A DNA stretch of 63,730 nt, filler included, from Octopus bimaculoides (GCF_001194135.2; 6 parts of 5 records of this genome joined end to end with filler, not necessarily neighbours in it); one strand, 5' to 3'; counted from the whole stretch's first letter, positions 1 through 12,904 are shown. The notes: generated by a model not told the origin, from the letters alone. Numbers and translations are program-made.

Positions 1-11
1 TAATAATAATG

Positions 12-77
<66 letters not shown>

Positions 78-124
78 GTAATAATAATAATGATAATAAT
101 AACAACAATAACAACAACAACAAC

Positions 125-170
<46 letters not shown>
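1..170. repeat. (TAA)n / (CAA)n microsatellite
   Basis: Direct reading. Confidence 0.95.
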
Positions 171-171
<1 letters not shown>

Positions 172-419
172 TGATGGTTTTAAATTTGGCCACAAGGTTA
201 TCCTATAATAATAATACATACATACATGTATACACACACACACACACACACACAGACACAAACACACACACACACACACACACGCGCGCACACAAAACGA
301 ACGAATTTATCTGACAACCAGTTTCGTTTATTCTCAGTCGATCTACAACAAACCACTTGTGATGATGAACAGCTTATATATTTTGTCGATTAACAGCATA
401 ATTGTCTTTTGATCAATAT

Positions 420-712
420 GGGCCTAGTGGTTGGGGTGTAGCACGCACGATAGCTAGATCGTGGGTTCGATTCCCGACCAAGCAGCACATCGTGTTCCTG
501 AGCAAAACACTTCATCTCACATTGCTTAAGTCTACTCAGCTGTAAATGGTTGACCCTGTGACAGACTAACCCTCTGATCAGAAGGAATATTGTCCTACTC
601 ACCTAGCCAGCAGGATGACATCATTCGGAAAGCTAAAACGATGTAAAGCGCATTGTGACCAGTGATGTGTAGCAGAATTTAATAGTCTGGTCGATTACAT
701 GATCACGAGATT
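420..712 (+). mobile_element. tRNA-derived SINE with CORE-like body
   Basis: A box (ggcctagtggtt), B box (gggttcgattccc), then gtgttcctgagcaaaacacttcatctcacattgct...actcagctgtaaatgg. Related copies at 12905-13035, 17390-17526 and 54700-54830. Confidence 0.65.
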
Positions 713-778
713 TGAGGATCTCGTATTTGAGGACCGTTCAGGATGTTGGCTTAATTCACATCGATATAATGACATAGT

Positions 779-1016
779 GGAGGCACAATGACCCAGTGGT
801 TAGGGCAGCGGACTCGCGGTCATAGTATCGTGGTGTCGGTTCCCAGACCGGGCGTTGTGAGTGTTTATTGAGCGAAAACACCTAAAGCTCCACGAGGCTC
901 CGGCAGAGGGTGGTGGCGAAGCCTGCTGTATTCTTTCACCACATCTTTTTCTCACTCTTACTTCCTGTTTCTGTTGTACCTGTAATTCAAAGGGTCAGCC
1001 TTGTCACACTGTGTCA
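779..1016 (+). mobile_element. tRNA-derived SINE (second family), running into a gap
   Basis: Head ggaggcacaatgacccagtggttagggcagcggactcgcggtc...gtcggttcccagacc has Pol III A and B boxes. Confidence 0.7.
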
Positions 1017-1513
1017 NNNNNNNNNNNNNNNNNNNNNNNNNNNNNNNNNNNNNNNNNNNNNNNNNNNNNNNNNNNNNNNNNNNNNNNNNNNNNNNNNNNN
1101 NNNNNNNNNNNNNNNNNNNNNNNNNNNNNNNNNNNNNNNNNNNNNNNNNNNNNNNNNNNNNNNNNNNNNNNNNNNNNNNNNNNNNNNNNNNNNNNNNNNN
1201 NNNNNNNNNNNNNNNNNNNNNNNNNNNNNNNNNNNNNNNNNNNNNNNNNNNNNNNNNNNNNNNNNNNNNNNNNNNNNNNNNNNNNNNNNNNNNNNNNNNN
1301 NNNNNNNNNNNNNNNNNNNNNNNNNNNNNNNNNNNNNNNNNNNNNNNNNNNNNNNNNNNNNNNNNNNNNNNNNNNNNNNNNNNNNNNNNNNNNNNNNNNN
1401 NNNNNNNNNNNNNNNNNNNNNNNNNNNNNNNNNNNNNNNNNNNNNNNNNNNNNNNNNNNNNNNNNNNNNNNNNNNNNNNNNNNNNNNNNNNNNNNNNNNN
1501 NNNNNNNNNNNNN

Positions 1514-1556
<43 letters not shown>

Positions 1557-1924
1557 CATATCTTTGTGTATATGTGTGCGAGAGAGCGTGCGCGTATGTG
1601 TGTAGTAAAGATTACTGGAAAAGCAGAGATTGTGTGATGTAGTTGGCGCCTGAGACCGGATTAATCTCAGCAATTATCAGAAAGAGACCTTTATCTTGTT
1701 AATCTCATTATATTTAGATGTCCACTGCTATTTACGAAAAAAAACAACTTAACACGACTATTGTGTCAGAGAGCCATTCGGGGTAATTAATTCATGAATT
1801 GGAGAGATTCCGTTATAATGATATCGTTATAACGATATGAGTGAGTTCAAATGCTGTCGAGGTCGATTTTACTTTACACCCTTTCGAGGTCGATAAAATA
1901 AGTATCAGCTGAACATATGTACGT

Positions 1925-2448
1925 TCGCATAATAGAAGCCCAGAATACCCATCATGACTACCTGTCTGATAAGAGTACACCAGGCACAAGCATCACAGCT
2001 ATATGTGCGTGACATAGTGACCTTATGTCAAGATAAACAGCGCATGACCTTGCAGCTGGGGCCCAGTTAGAATTTTCTTCAGGTTGAGTAGCCCATCCCG
2101 CTCAAACGGTCCCTGAATAAGTGTTGTATAAGGATGTTGAATGAAACATCCATGCTTCCAGAGATGAATTATTCAAACCCCAAAGAATATCTCTCAACAC
2201 ATGGCTATGATGCTCCCCTACTACTTCTGCTCGTGATCAGAGATCTACATATCGTCAGCCACCAAGGGACATGCTCAACTGGTTAAGGTCAAACAACTGA
2301 TAAGTAAATCTGTGGTATTGAGTAGAATATTTGCTGTAGCCCATCTTTGACACAAAGGCAAAACATGTGCATGATAACACTTCCAATCAGTTAAGATCAG
2401 AAGCCATGAGAGCCACTGCCTGGTATTGCATCATGGCATTTCTTCTTC
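1925..2448 (-). mobile_element. Non-coding interspersed repeat of about 520 bp (second, rearranged copy at 24390-24630)
   Basis: atcagaagccatgagagccactgcctgg and tgagtagaatatttgctgtagcccatcttt recur at about 24440-24535. Abuts (CTT)n at 2449. Confidence 0.65.
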
Positions 2449-2675
2449 TTCTTCTTCTTCTTCTTCTTCTTCTTCNNNNNNNNNNNNNNNNNNNNNNNNN
2501 NNNNNNNNNNNNNNNNNNNNNNNNNNNNNNNNNNNNNNNNNNNNNNNNNNNNNNNNNNNNNNNNNNNNNNNNNNNNNNNNNNNNNNNNNNNNNNNNNNNN
2601 NNNNNNNNNNNNNNNNNNNNNNNNNNNNNNNNNNNNNNNNNNNNNNNNNNNNNNNNNNNNNNNNNNNNNNNNNNN

Positions 2676-2754
<79 letters not shown>

Positions 2755-2756
<2 letters not shown>

Positions 2757-3200
2757 GGTGGCGAGCTGGCAGAATCGTTAGCACGCTGGACAAAACACTT
2801 TGCAGCAGTTCGTCTGTCTTTAGGTTCTGAGTTCAAATGGTGCCGAGGCTACTTTGCATTTAATCTTTTTGGGGTAGATAAATTAAGCACCATTTGAGTG
2901 TTTACGTTGATATAATCAACTAGCCAACCCCACCACCCAAATAATTTCATGCCTTTTACCTATAATAGAAAGGACTATTTTAGGGGCCAAGAAAGCAGAA
3001 TCCTGAGCACGCCGGACAAGATATTTAGCAACATTTCGTCCGTCTTTTCTTTCTGGGTTGCAATTCCATCGAGGTCGACTCTGCTTTTCATTCTTTCGGG
3101 GTTACAAAATAAGTACCAGTTGAGCACTGGGGTCGATGTAATCTACTTACATCCTTCCTTAAAAATTGCTAGCCTCGTGCCAAAATGTTATTATAATTAT
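2755..3200 (+). mobile_element. Two head-to-tail copies of the dominant tRNA-derived SINE (family A; about 2755-2980 and 2990-3200)
   Basis: aaggtggcgagctggcagaatcgttagcacg...ctgagttcaaat...gaggtcgac...tttcatcctttcggggtcgataa...gtaccagtt...ggggtcgatgtaatc with a TTA-rich tail. Preceded by (TTA)n. Confidence 0.8.
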
Positions 3201-3201
3201 T

Positions 3202-4560
3202 CCTTTTCTACGCATTTCACTTAGTCGGGTTTATTATCTATGTTCTGGGACAAAGGATATGAAATGAATGAGGTGTTGCCGCAAAAACACATTATTTATC
3301 GGAAGAAATGTGTGTTTTCTAAATATATCTTAGAGTTGAACATGCATGAAGTGTAGGAAGGCTCATTTTCGAGATATGATGCATTAATTTATGCCCGCTG
3401 TAATTCATATTTAGATTGTGAAGGCTCTTCGTAGGTTGTGTACATTGCTGCTTATTACCGAATTTTGTTTCGATGTTTCTCACTTCGTTTTTGTATCATG
3501 TCTTAGACTATATGATAAATGAGACTGTTTTCGTTTTAGGATTCCACATCTTTTCAATCCCTATTTGTAATTTTTTATATTTGCTTAGTTTTTCAAATCC
3601 TTTTACTGATATTCTTTTATCTGATGGAATATCCATATTAATTGATTAGCAGTTTTTATATTCGTTGTACTTCTTGATGATATCCGGTCTGTTTCCTTGA
3701 GCGGTTCAGTCTGAGGTAACTAAGAAACCCCCAAAGTATTGCTGTATTAACTCTTCTCGCTAGCGGTTCTGGATAGTGATCATATTAGCTAATGGGTTTT
3801 TTTTTAGTGGTTGCGTAACTTCTAGTGCAGTTACTGCCCTTCTTTATCATGAAGACTCATGTGCTTATTTGTTTCTTGTACCGGCCAGCCTGAAATAAGA
3901 CGTCTATTGTTTCATCATATTGGTAAAAAAAAAAATTAAAAAATGAAAAGGAAAGAAAAAAGAAAAAAGAAGAAAAAACACAGCATTTTGAGACTGAATT
4001 TGCTTTTAAAGTTATGGGCTTGGTAAGTTTCTTATTTCTTTATTGCCCACAAGGGACTAAACACAGAGGGGGCAAACAAGGACAGGCAAAGGGATAAAGT
4101 CGATTATATCGGCTTGGTAAGTTTCTGTTAAGCAAAGTTTTGTCTTGTGTTGTTAAGATGAATCTTTTTGGCTCTGCTTTAATCATAATCCCAGCTACTG
4201 AAGGTTTATTTTTTAGTTTACTTCGTCATCTTTGCTTTGTATACAATACTGCCCATGCAAGGGTTTTGTCCTCATTGGCCTTCTAATTCTTGATCTTGCA
4301 TTTCCTTGGCCGCCCAATGTTTTTAGCTTTCGTGACTCCTGTTTTCCTATGTTGCTCACTTTCATACTCATCTTGAGTTCACTGGTGCATTTTCTACATT
4401 CTTTTACTACTTTAGTGAAGCATTTTGTTTGTTTTAATCCTCTAGAACGTATTGTAACCCCAATCTTTTGTAAATTCTAAGTACTTTAACAAAGCTATTG
4501 TTGTTGTTTAGACACTTAGAGTACTAAACGACAGCTGCCCTTGCTTCTCTACTGGTACGG
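3202..4560 (-). mobile_element. R4/Dong-type non-LTR retrotransposon, decayed
   Basis: Minus-strand segments IALLKYLEFTKDW, KPLHGQY, IKAEPKRFILTTQDKTLLNRN, ISGWPV...HDKEGQ, NRPDIIKK...DIPSDKRISVKGFEKLSKYKKLQIGIEKMWNPKTK. The 3' end abuts the TTA-rich tail of a SINE at 3188-3201. Interrupted by a SINE at 4017-4126. Confidence 0.8.
4017..4126 (-). mobile_element. 5'-truncated SINE with 16-bp TSD, inserted in the R4/Dong element
   Basis: ggcttggtaagtttct occurs at 4017-4032 and 4111-4126. It flanks 78 bp whose minus strand (atcgactttatccctttgcctgtccttg...) matches the SINE 3' variant at 27015-27050. Confidence 0.75.
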
Positions 4561-5680
4561 ATGATCAATATCAGCCTTGGAGGAGTGAATTTTGTTGCAT
4601 TTCACTATTATTCGATACATAAACAAAGATGCAAAGAAAAGAAAAGTAGAAGCCAAGGCAAGTCATAAAGTGGAAATAATATAATGCTTAAGGATAGAGT
4701 AGGCGAAGTTTGAAAGGCTTGGACTTAGATTGCATTTTTCGAATTAAGCAATGTAAGCAGCTCTAGAGTAAAGTCTTTACCAATACGACATATTTAACGT
4801 ATGCATGTAGTTGAACAGTCAGAAGCTGTAGTTTTCTAAAACGAAATAGAATCAGTTAGTTTAAAAGTATATACAGAGATATAGTGTGCAAATTGTACAG
4901 TGGTTTGCGAAGGAGCTGCATGAGGAAAATAAAATTCAAATTGTGCAATAGAACCAGCTCTATAGTAATAAACAAATATGAAGATGACATACTTAACGTA
5001 TGCTTGTAGTTGACTATCTGTATATACTTCAGACTTGCTGATTCGATTTCGTTCCAAAAGTGAAACGCGTACGTGACATAGAGAAGCTGCATCTACAGTG
5101 AAATACGAGCCTGTCGTTCTCGTGATCACTTCTGGAGCGGTTTCGTATTACCTAGCTCTGAAGGGTATTATGGTTTCTTTTTTAGCACAATACATCTATA
5201 AAGGGATGCAAGCTTCTTACCCGTGCAGCCTTACCCATCGGAAATACCGCCTATAATAATGATGATACTAAAAATAAATTTCTTTTCTATCATCATCATC
5301 ATGGACAACATCAGTATCAATAATATTCCTATTTTAGTTCCCATTACTTTCTTTCCCTGATTTTATTCCCTTTCATATCTTCTGACTTCGATTTTATGAT
5401 TTTTTTTTTCTATTTCTTGGTCGTATTTTCGCTTTTATTATATTTCGTCTCTTGTTATTTTCACCTCTATTTTTCTGCTTTCCCCTAAATTGCTGGCCTT
5501 TTGCCTTAATTACAAAGCATTGTTGTTTTTGCTGTTGTTGTTGTTGTTGTTGCTGCTTTTATCATTATTAATAGTATTACTATCCTTGTCTTTTTTTTTA
5601 TTTCTTATTTTTATAGTTTTAGTATCTTTACTGTTAACAGTCGTGCTGTCCCATACACGCATACGTACGTACAAACACAT

Positions 5681-5733
<53 letters not shown>

Positions 5734-7215
5734 NNNNNNNNNNNNNNNNNNNNNNNNNNNNNNNNNNNNNNNNNNNNNNNNNNNNNNNNNNNNNNNNNNN
5801 NNNNNNNNNNNNNNNNNNNNNNNNNNNNNNNNNNNNNNNNNNNNNNNNNNNNNNNNNNNNNNNNNNNNNNNNNNNNNNNNNNNNNNNNNNNNNNNNNNNN
5901 NNNNNNNNNNNNNNNNNNNNNNNNNNNNNNNNNNNNNNNNNNNNNNNNNNNNNNNNNNNNNNNNNNNNNNNNNNNNNNNNNNNNNNNNNNNNNNNNNNNN
6001 NNNNNNNNNNNNNNNNNNNNNNNNNNNNNNNNNNNNNNNNNNNNNNNNNNNNNNNNNNNNNNNNNNNNNNNNNNNNNNNNNNNNNNNNNNNNNNNNNNNN
6101 NNNNNNNNNNNNNNNNNNNNNNNNNNNNNNNNNNNNNNNNNNNNNNNNNNNNNNNNNNNNNNNNNNNNNNNNNNNNNNNNNNNNNNNNNNNNNNNNNNNN
6201 NNNNNNNNNNNNNNNNNNNNNNNNNNNNNNNNNNNNNNNNNNNNNNNNNNNNNNNNNNNNNNNNNNNNNNNNNNNNNNNNNNNNNNNNNNNNNNNNNNNN
6301 NNNNNNNNNNNNNNNNNNNNNNNNNNNNNNNNNNNNNNNNNNNNNNNNNNNNNNNNNNNNNNNNNNNNNNNNNNNNNNNNNNNNNNNNNNNNNNNNNNNN
6401 NNNNNNNNNNNNNNNNNNNNNNNNNNNNNNNNNNNNNNNNNNNNNNNNNNNNNNNNNNNNNNNNNNNNNNNNNNNNNNNNNNNNNNNNNNNNNNNNNNNN
6501 NNNNNNNNNNNNNNNNNNNNNNNNNNNNNNNATATATATAAATGCATACATATAAATACATCTGACATTTTCCCTGCATTCCTTCATCAGAATCAGACAG
6601 TCGAACGACGTTATCAATTTTAGTTTACTCGATCTGATTGTCTTCTTCCTCTTCCGTTCTATAACTTTCTAATCTCATTGATTGATCTCATCAAGATTGT
6701 GACGTAAATGTCTTACTATTCATCAATTTAATCACAAAGTGAATAATTATCTGATTGTGCCTGTCTGGATTACAACATTCTTTCTGTCATCGTCTAAACC
6801 AACAAATCCCCTCCCTCCGATTCGTGTACTTCTTAGAACTTTATTGAATGACGTCTACAGATAATGTGAATACGTCACAGTTATCCGGTGAAAACGTCTG
6901 GCTGTTGTTCTTCGTTGTTCTTCGTTGTCGGGTTGTCTGCGTTCTCTCAGTTCAAAGAAAGACATCGAATAAATGTATTAGAGCTGACGGTTTGTGTGGG
7001 GGAGTAGAGAAATCGACAAGAAAGAAAAAGAAAAAGAAAGTAGAAAAAAATTAGAGACACATAAGTAGCACGAAAGTGTGAAGTGAAGATTAAGAAGAGG
7101 GTTAGGATTTGCAGACGTCGACAGAGGCGGTGACGGCGGTGAGAGTTAATAGAGATAAATAAATAGATAGGTAGATATTGATTTATACTCATATCAATAG
7201 AAATTTTGTTTGGCT

Positions 7216-7590
7216 TTACGTTCTGAGTTCAGTTTTTGCCGAGGTCCACTTTACCTTCCGCCTTTCCGGGGTAGATAAAATAAGTGACAATCCAATACTG
7301 AGATGAGGGTAATTGACTTACTCCGTACCTCAAAATAGCTGGTCTTGAGTCAAAATCAGAAACAATCATTGCCACCAGAGGTGAACCGGCAGAATCGTTA
7401 ACACGTTAGTGTCATTTTCCCCGGCTCTCTGTGTTATGAGTTCAAATTCCATCGAGCTCGACTTTGCATTTCATCTTTGCAAAGTCGATAAAATACGTAC
7501 CAGTTAAACGCGCAGGCCGTTGTAGTAGGCTCTGCAACTTCTAATATAGCTGGCCTTGAGCCAAACTTTGGAATCATAATTATCATCATT
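7216..7590 (+). mobile_element. Two tandem SINE-A copies
   Basis: Same motifs as 2755-3200. The second head gaggtgaaccggcagaatcgtt starts near 7378. A further minus-strand head lies at about 7975-8078. Confidence 0.7.
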
Positions 7591-8142
7591 ATCGATATAA
7601 TCACACATATTACTCATCTCGCCAGTATTTCCTGTCAACATCCTTTTATGTCATAACAACCATCATCTCTAAAGTATTCCTTTGTACAACTAATAACCAG
7701 CATCGTAGCTGGAGGTAGGGAATTGTCCGCTCCGTGCGACCCCTTTATAAAGGGCAGAGGCACAGGGGGCGACAAACTCAAGGGCTACGGCTGAGCAGGA
7801 CACACTTAGCTACGCTTCAGCAAAAAATTAGATTCTGTTTATGTGCTTGCGGTTCGGGCCTGATCTGCAGGTGGATCTGTGTCGGAACGAAGTTTCGGAA
7901 ACAGTTGTCAGGCTCCTCTTCTGCATATGAGCGAAGAGGAAGCTATTTCCGAAAGGGCGGAGGATTGAAATCAACGTTGACGCCGGCAGAATTTGAACTC
8001 GGAAACTAATGAGTCGGAAGAAATACTGCTAGGCATTTTGTCCAACGCTCTAACGATTCTGCGAGCTTGTCGCCTTTGAAACAGAAATAATGGAATCGAT
8101 CAAGTATTAGTATTTACATAAGAGAGAAAGTGAAAAAAACAC

Positions 8143-8180
<38 letters not shown>

Positions 8181-8239
8181 AACGAAAAACAAAAGGAGAT
8201 AGGAAAAAATAAAAATAAGATACGACTGGTAAATAGTAG

Positions 8240-8445
8240 TGGCAATGTTGTTGTGGTTGTTGTAGTGTTGGTGGTGAAGATAGTGGTGGTGATAGTGGTG
8301 GTGATGGTGGTGGTAGTTGTGATTGTTCTGGTGGCGGCGATCGTGGAGGCGGTAGCGGAGGTGGTGACGATGGTCCTCGCTGTAGTGGTGGTGGTGGTGA
8401 TGGTGGTAGTTGTGGCGGTGGCGGCGGTGGTGGAAGTGGTATTGA
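8240..8445. repeat. Degenerate (GTG/GGT)n tract
   Basis: Direct reading. (GA)n lies just upstream at about 8146-8178. Confidence 0.85.
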
Positions 8446-9349
8446 TGTTTATTTGTTGGTTGCAGTCATGGTGATGATAAAATGGCGGTGGTGACGTTTG
8501 TTTGATGATTGTATTCGGAAGTATTGGCTGGTTATTTAGCAATGGGTGTCGACCGTTTGTTTGTTTATTTGATTGTTGTCGGTACACATAATATCTGTAG
8601 TGATGGCGGTAACGACATTGCTACTTTAGACTTTTTTTCTCTCTGTTACGATTTCCACTATTCATTTTCTTTATAGCGATTTAAGTTTATTCAAATATTT
8701 TCAGTCATTTTACACATAATAGTTCACATTGCTGTATAATATATATTGTTTGCAAATCAAGTTATCATAGATACGATGATAAATGAAAGACAGTATGAGT
8801 AAATAATACTTTTAAATTATTACTGGGAAAAATGAATAAGCTGTTTTCATTAGTTATATCCTGCTGTATATTTCTAATTCAAATAATAGTTACAAATGAA
8901 GAAAATAAATACGAAACACATTTAATTGTCGGATCTCGTATGCTAAAAAAGGATTATATTTTTGGAAGGGACAGTATTAATTGAATAAGTTGTTTTCATG
9001 TATTTATATTCGTATGTAAATTATATTTCTCAATTATATTTTAATGTAAATATTTCAAATATACAGGTTATAAATCTATAGATTTCAGTACACCGTAGAA
9101 ATGAGTCAACATTTAATGTTATTCATGCATAGAAATCTGTATAATATATATACTTACCCAACAGAGAAGAAAGGAAAAAATATATTATCCAAATAATTTA
9201 TTGCAATCTCTAATAGGTATTTTTGTGTTCACTTATAATTATATCGAAAATCATGGAAATAATTTCAATACTAAAAGTCGTGTAATTCAAAGATTTGCAG
9301 GTTTACCATGAGATGTTTTTTAAAAATAATTGTAGTTATTAAAATTGAT

Positions 9350-9975
9350 TTTAAGTTTTGACACGAGGCCAGCAGATTCGGGGGTGGGGGTAAATCGATT
9401 ATATCGACCCAGTTCTTAACTGGTACTTATTTTATCGACCCCGAGAGGATGAAAGGTAAAATAGACCTCGATGGGATTTGAACTCAGAACGTAATGACGG
9501 ACGAAATGCTGCAAAGTATTTTGCCCAGTGTGCTAACGGTTCTGCTAGTTCACCGCCTCAATTGTATTTACTATATTCGGACATTGTACTAGGTGCACTA
9601 GCGTAGCTGGGGGTGGGGGAAGTAGGGGCGGTCCGTCCCGGATGGCACTTTTAAAGGAACGGCACTTTTGGGTCTGCTGTAGGCAATATGTTTTTTTGTG
9701 GGTTCTGGGGCGGTAAACGGAAGGACCACCGCAGGCGGCATAAACTCTAGCTACGCTAGTGATTAGGTGGCGATTTGGCAAAATCGTTAGCAAGCCAGAC
9801 AAAATGTTTAGCGGCATTTCTTTCGGCTTTATGCACTAAGTTCAATTTCTGCCGAGATCAATTTTATATTTTCAGATCGATAAGATAAAGTACTAATTAA
9901 TCCGTGGTATCAGTATAATCGACAAGCCCTATCTCTCCCAAATTTCAGGACTAATGTCCATAGTAGAAAGAAATA
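9350..9975. mobile_element. Divergent SINE-A pair (9350-9558 minus, 9763-9975 plus) around the hAT MITE
   Basis: Minus copy has actggtacttattttatcgaccccgagaggatgaaagg...aactcagaacg. Plus copy starts taggtggcgatttggcaaaatcgttagc. Confidence 0.75.
9596..9761. mobile_element. hAT-type MITE (166 bp)
   Basis: Perfect 13-bp TIR cactagcgtagct / agctacgctagtg. 8-bp flanking direct repeat actaggtg (9588-9595) / attaggtg (9762-9769), 7 of 8 identical. An 8-bp TSD is characteristic of hAT. Confidence 0.75.
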
Positions 9976-10249
9976 TAAAAAGAGATTGTACAATGCCGCT
10001 AGAAGTTTAAAAACCAGAAAAAAAATTTATTCTGTAATTCTTCACTGAATGTTATCGCGCGAACCAAATATATTTTTTTTCTTAATCAGTAATGCCATAA
10101 AATGGGAGATATTATATATCTCAGTTCGCTACTCTATTGAAAATAATATTTGACCAAAATGCTATGTAGTGGGATTGAACTCGGTGTCTCATGAATGCGA
10201 AATAAATATTTAACCATTCTGCTACATGGCGCCTGCCAGAGTTGTACTA

Positions 10250-10652
10250 TCTTTTATCTCTTACTTGCTTTAGTCACTGGACGGCGGCCATGCTGAAGCA
10301 CCGCTTTGAAAGGTTTTAATAGAACAAATCGACCACTGGACTTTGATACTTATTCTATCGAGCTCTTCTTCCAAAGCGCTAAGTTACGAGGACGTAAACA
10401 AAGTGACACTGGTTGTCAAGCAATGGTGGTGGGCACACATACACGTGCGCGCGCACACACACACGCACATGCGCGCGCGCACACACTCACATATATACAC
10501 ACACACGATGGGCTTCAAATTTTACTTACAAGGTTCTGGTCGACCCGGGGATATAGTAGAAGACACCTGCCCAAGATGCCGCGCAATGGGACTGAACCCG
10601 AATCCATGTAGCTGTAAAACGAGTCTCTTAACCACACAGCCATGCTTGCACT
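10250..10652 (-). mobile_element. tRNA-derived SINE (third family) with internal (CA)n
   Basis: Head gggactgaacccgaatccatgt...accacacagcc on the minus strand and 3' end ggccatgctgaagcaccgc. Shares sequence with 63541-63730, 42900-43026 and 23450-23530. Confidence 0.75.
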
Positions 10653-11593
10653 CGCAAGAAAAAAGAAAAAAAAAAGCATGCCCCCCCCCGTCTTTCTCTC
10701 GGTTGGTACGTATGTAGTACTCAGTATGTCTCTTATTTCTTCTGTTTTTTTTTAAATGATGGTTGNNNNNNNNNNNNNNNNNNNNNNNNNNNNNNNNNNN
10801 NNNNNNNNNNNNNNNNNNNNNNNNNNNNNNNNNNNNNNNNNNNNNNNNNNNNNNNNNNNNNNNNNNNNNNNNNNNNNNNNNNNNNNNNNNNNNNNNNNNN
10901 NNNNNNNNNNNNNNNNNNNNNNNNNNNNNNNNNNNNNNNNNNNNNNNNNNNNNNNNNNNNNNNNNNNNNNNNNNNNNNNNNNNNNNNNNNNNNNNNNNNN
11001 NNNNNNNNNNNNNNNNNNNNNNNNNNNNNNNNNNNNNNNNNNNNNNNNNNNNNNNNNNNNNNNNNNNNNNNNNNNNNNNNNNNNNNNNNNNNNNNNNNNN
11101 NNNNNNNNNNNNNNNNNNNNNNNNNNNNNNNNNNNNNNNNNNNNNNNNNNNNNNNNNNNNNNNNNNNNNNNNNNNNNNNNNNNNNNNNNNNNNNNNNNNN
11201 NNNNNNNNNNNNNNNNNNNNNNNNNNNNNNNNNNNNNNNNNNNNNNNNNNNNNNNNNNNNNNNNNNNNNNNNNNNNNNNNNNNNNNNNNNNNNNNNNNNN
11301 NNNNNNNNNNNNNNNNNNNNNNNNNNNNNNNNNNNNNNNNNNNNNNNNNNNNNNNNNNNNNNNNNNNNNNNNNNNNNNNNNNNNNNNNNNNNNNNNNNNN
11401 NNNNNNNNNNNNNNNNNNNNNNNNNNNNNNNNNNNNNNNNNNNNNNNNNNNNNNNNNNNNNNNNNNNNNNNNNNNNNNNNNNNNNNNNNNNNNNNNNNNN
11501 NNNNNNNNNNNNNNNNNNNNNNNNNNNNNNNNNNNNNNNNNNNNNNNNNNNNNNNNNNNNNNNNNNNNNNNNNNNNNNNNNNNNNNNNNNNNG

Positions 11594-11648
<55 letters not shown>

Positions 11649-11744
11649 GGATGAGATCGATATTTAAATATCGATTTTATCAAGTGGCCAGCATGGGAAT
11701 AAAAACCATCAAAGGTAATAATTATTTAAAATTATAATTTAGGG

Positions 11745-12135
11745 TATCTAAGAGAATCGTTAGCACGCTGGGCAAAATGCTTGGCGGTATTTCGTTCGTC
11801 TTTACGCTCTGAGTTCAAATGTCGCTGGGATCGACTGAGGTCGATTTAATAGAGTCCTCCCAAAATTGCTGGTCTTGTGCCAAAATTTGAAGCCAATATA
11901 TTATAGTTGCTTAAGGCGGCGAGCTTGCAGCATCATTAGCACGCCGGGGGAAATGTTTGGCGGCATTTTGTCCGTCTTCACGTTCTGAGTTCAAATACCA
12001 CGGAAGTTGACTTTGCCCTTCACCCCGTTCGAGAGTGATAAAATAAGTACCATCTGAGTACTGGGCTCGATGTAATCGACTTACCCCTACCTCCGAGGTT
12101 GCTGGCCTTGTACTAAAATTCGAAAACAATATATT
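11745..12135 (+). mobile_element. Two tandem SINE-A copies (first internally deleted; second 11913-12135)
   Basis: aaggcggcgagcttgcagcatcattagcacgccggg...ctgagttcaaat...ctgggctcgatgtaatcgac. Confidence 0.8.
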
Positions 12136-12904
12136 ACAGCTGCTCATTTGAACCGACCAGAGAGCAGTGATGAAATGTAACGTGTGCAGACCGAACAAAA
12201 CGGTCGCTTTATAGATTGGATTGTTAGATAAATTTGCTCGTTTCCCCGCCCCATCCTCATTTTTATTGTAACTCTTTCCAATGTTATTTGAATTAATCTG
12301 AAAAATGTTTTAATCGTAACGTTTTATGTATTTGTTTTTGTTGCTCTATTCTTCCTGTACAACATTTGATTATTGTTTTTGAAATTTGAATAAATTTTAG
12401 GTTTTCAGATTTATGACATTGGAGTGCCACTGTCGTACGAAAAAAAAAACCCAACAAATTTATTTGATATTCCATTACATATGTAGTTGAAGGTATATTA
12501 TATTTAAGGAAGGGGTAGTCAACTTGGTTACCGACAAGATGGCCAACCTCCACCTACCAAAAGGTAGCAACTACATCTTTCTCAAATCTCAACATACTTT
12601 TAAAATACAAGTCACTCAGAACAATGGAATTATGGGTAAATGGTATGGTTGGAATGTCTTTCATCATTAATGACCTTGGATTAAACAAGCTTGGCAGTGA
12701 CTCAATAAACATGTGGGACCAAGGCAGCTAATATCACGTTCTCGTTAATTGATTAATGTGTCTATGTAGTCACGAGCAAACATAGTCTCTTCCGCGACCC
12801 TTCCGTCCTTGACTCAGCATAATATCGTGGATGTGACAGCAGAAGGGGGCGGGGACACGGGGGGAGAAAAAGTGAAAGGGAGAGCAATACCAGCACTGGG
12901 ATGG

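Noticed and set aside
420-860. tRNA genes
   Set aside because: A and B boxes are present but there is no complete cloverleaf, and the heads continue into SINE bodies. The same applies to 10150-10230.
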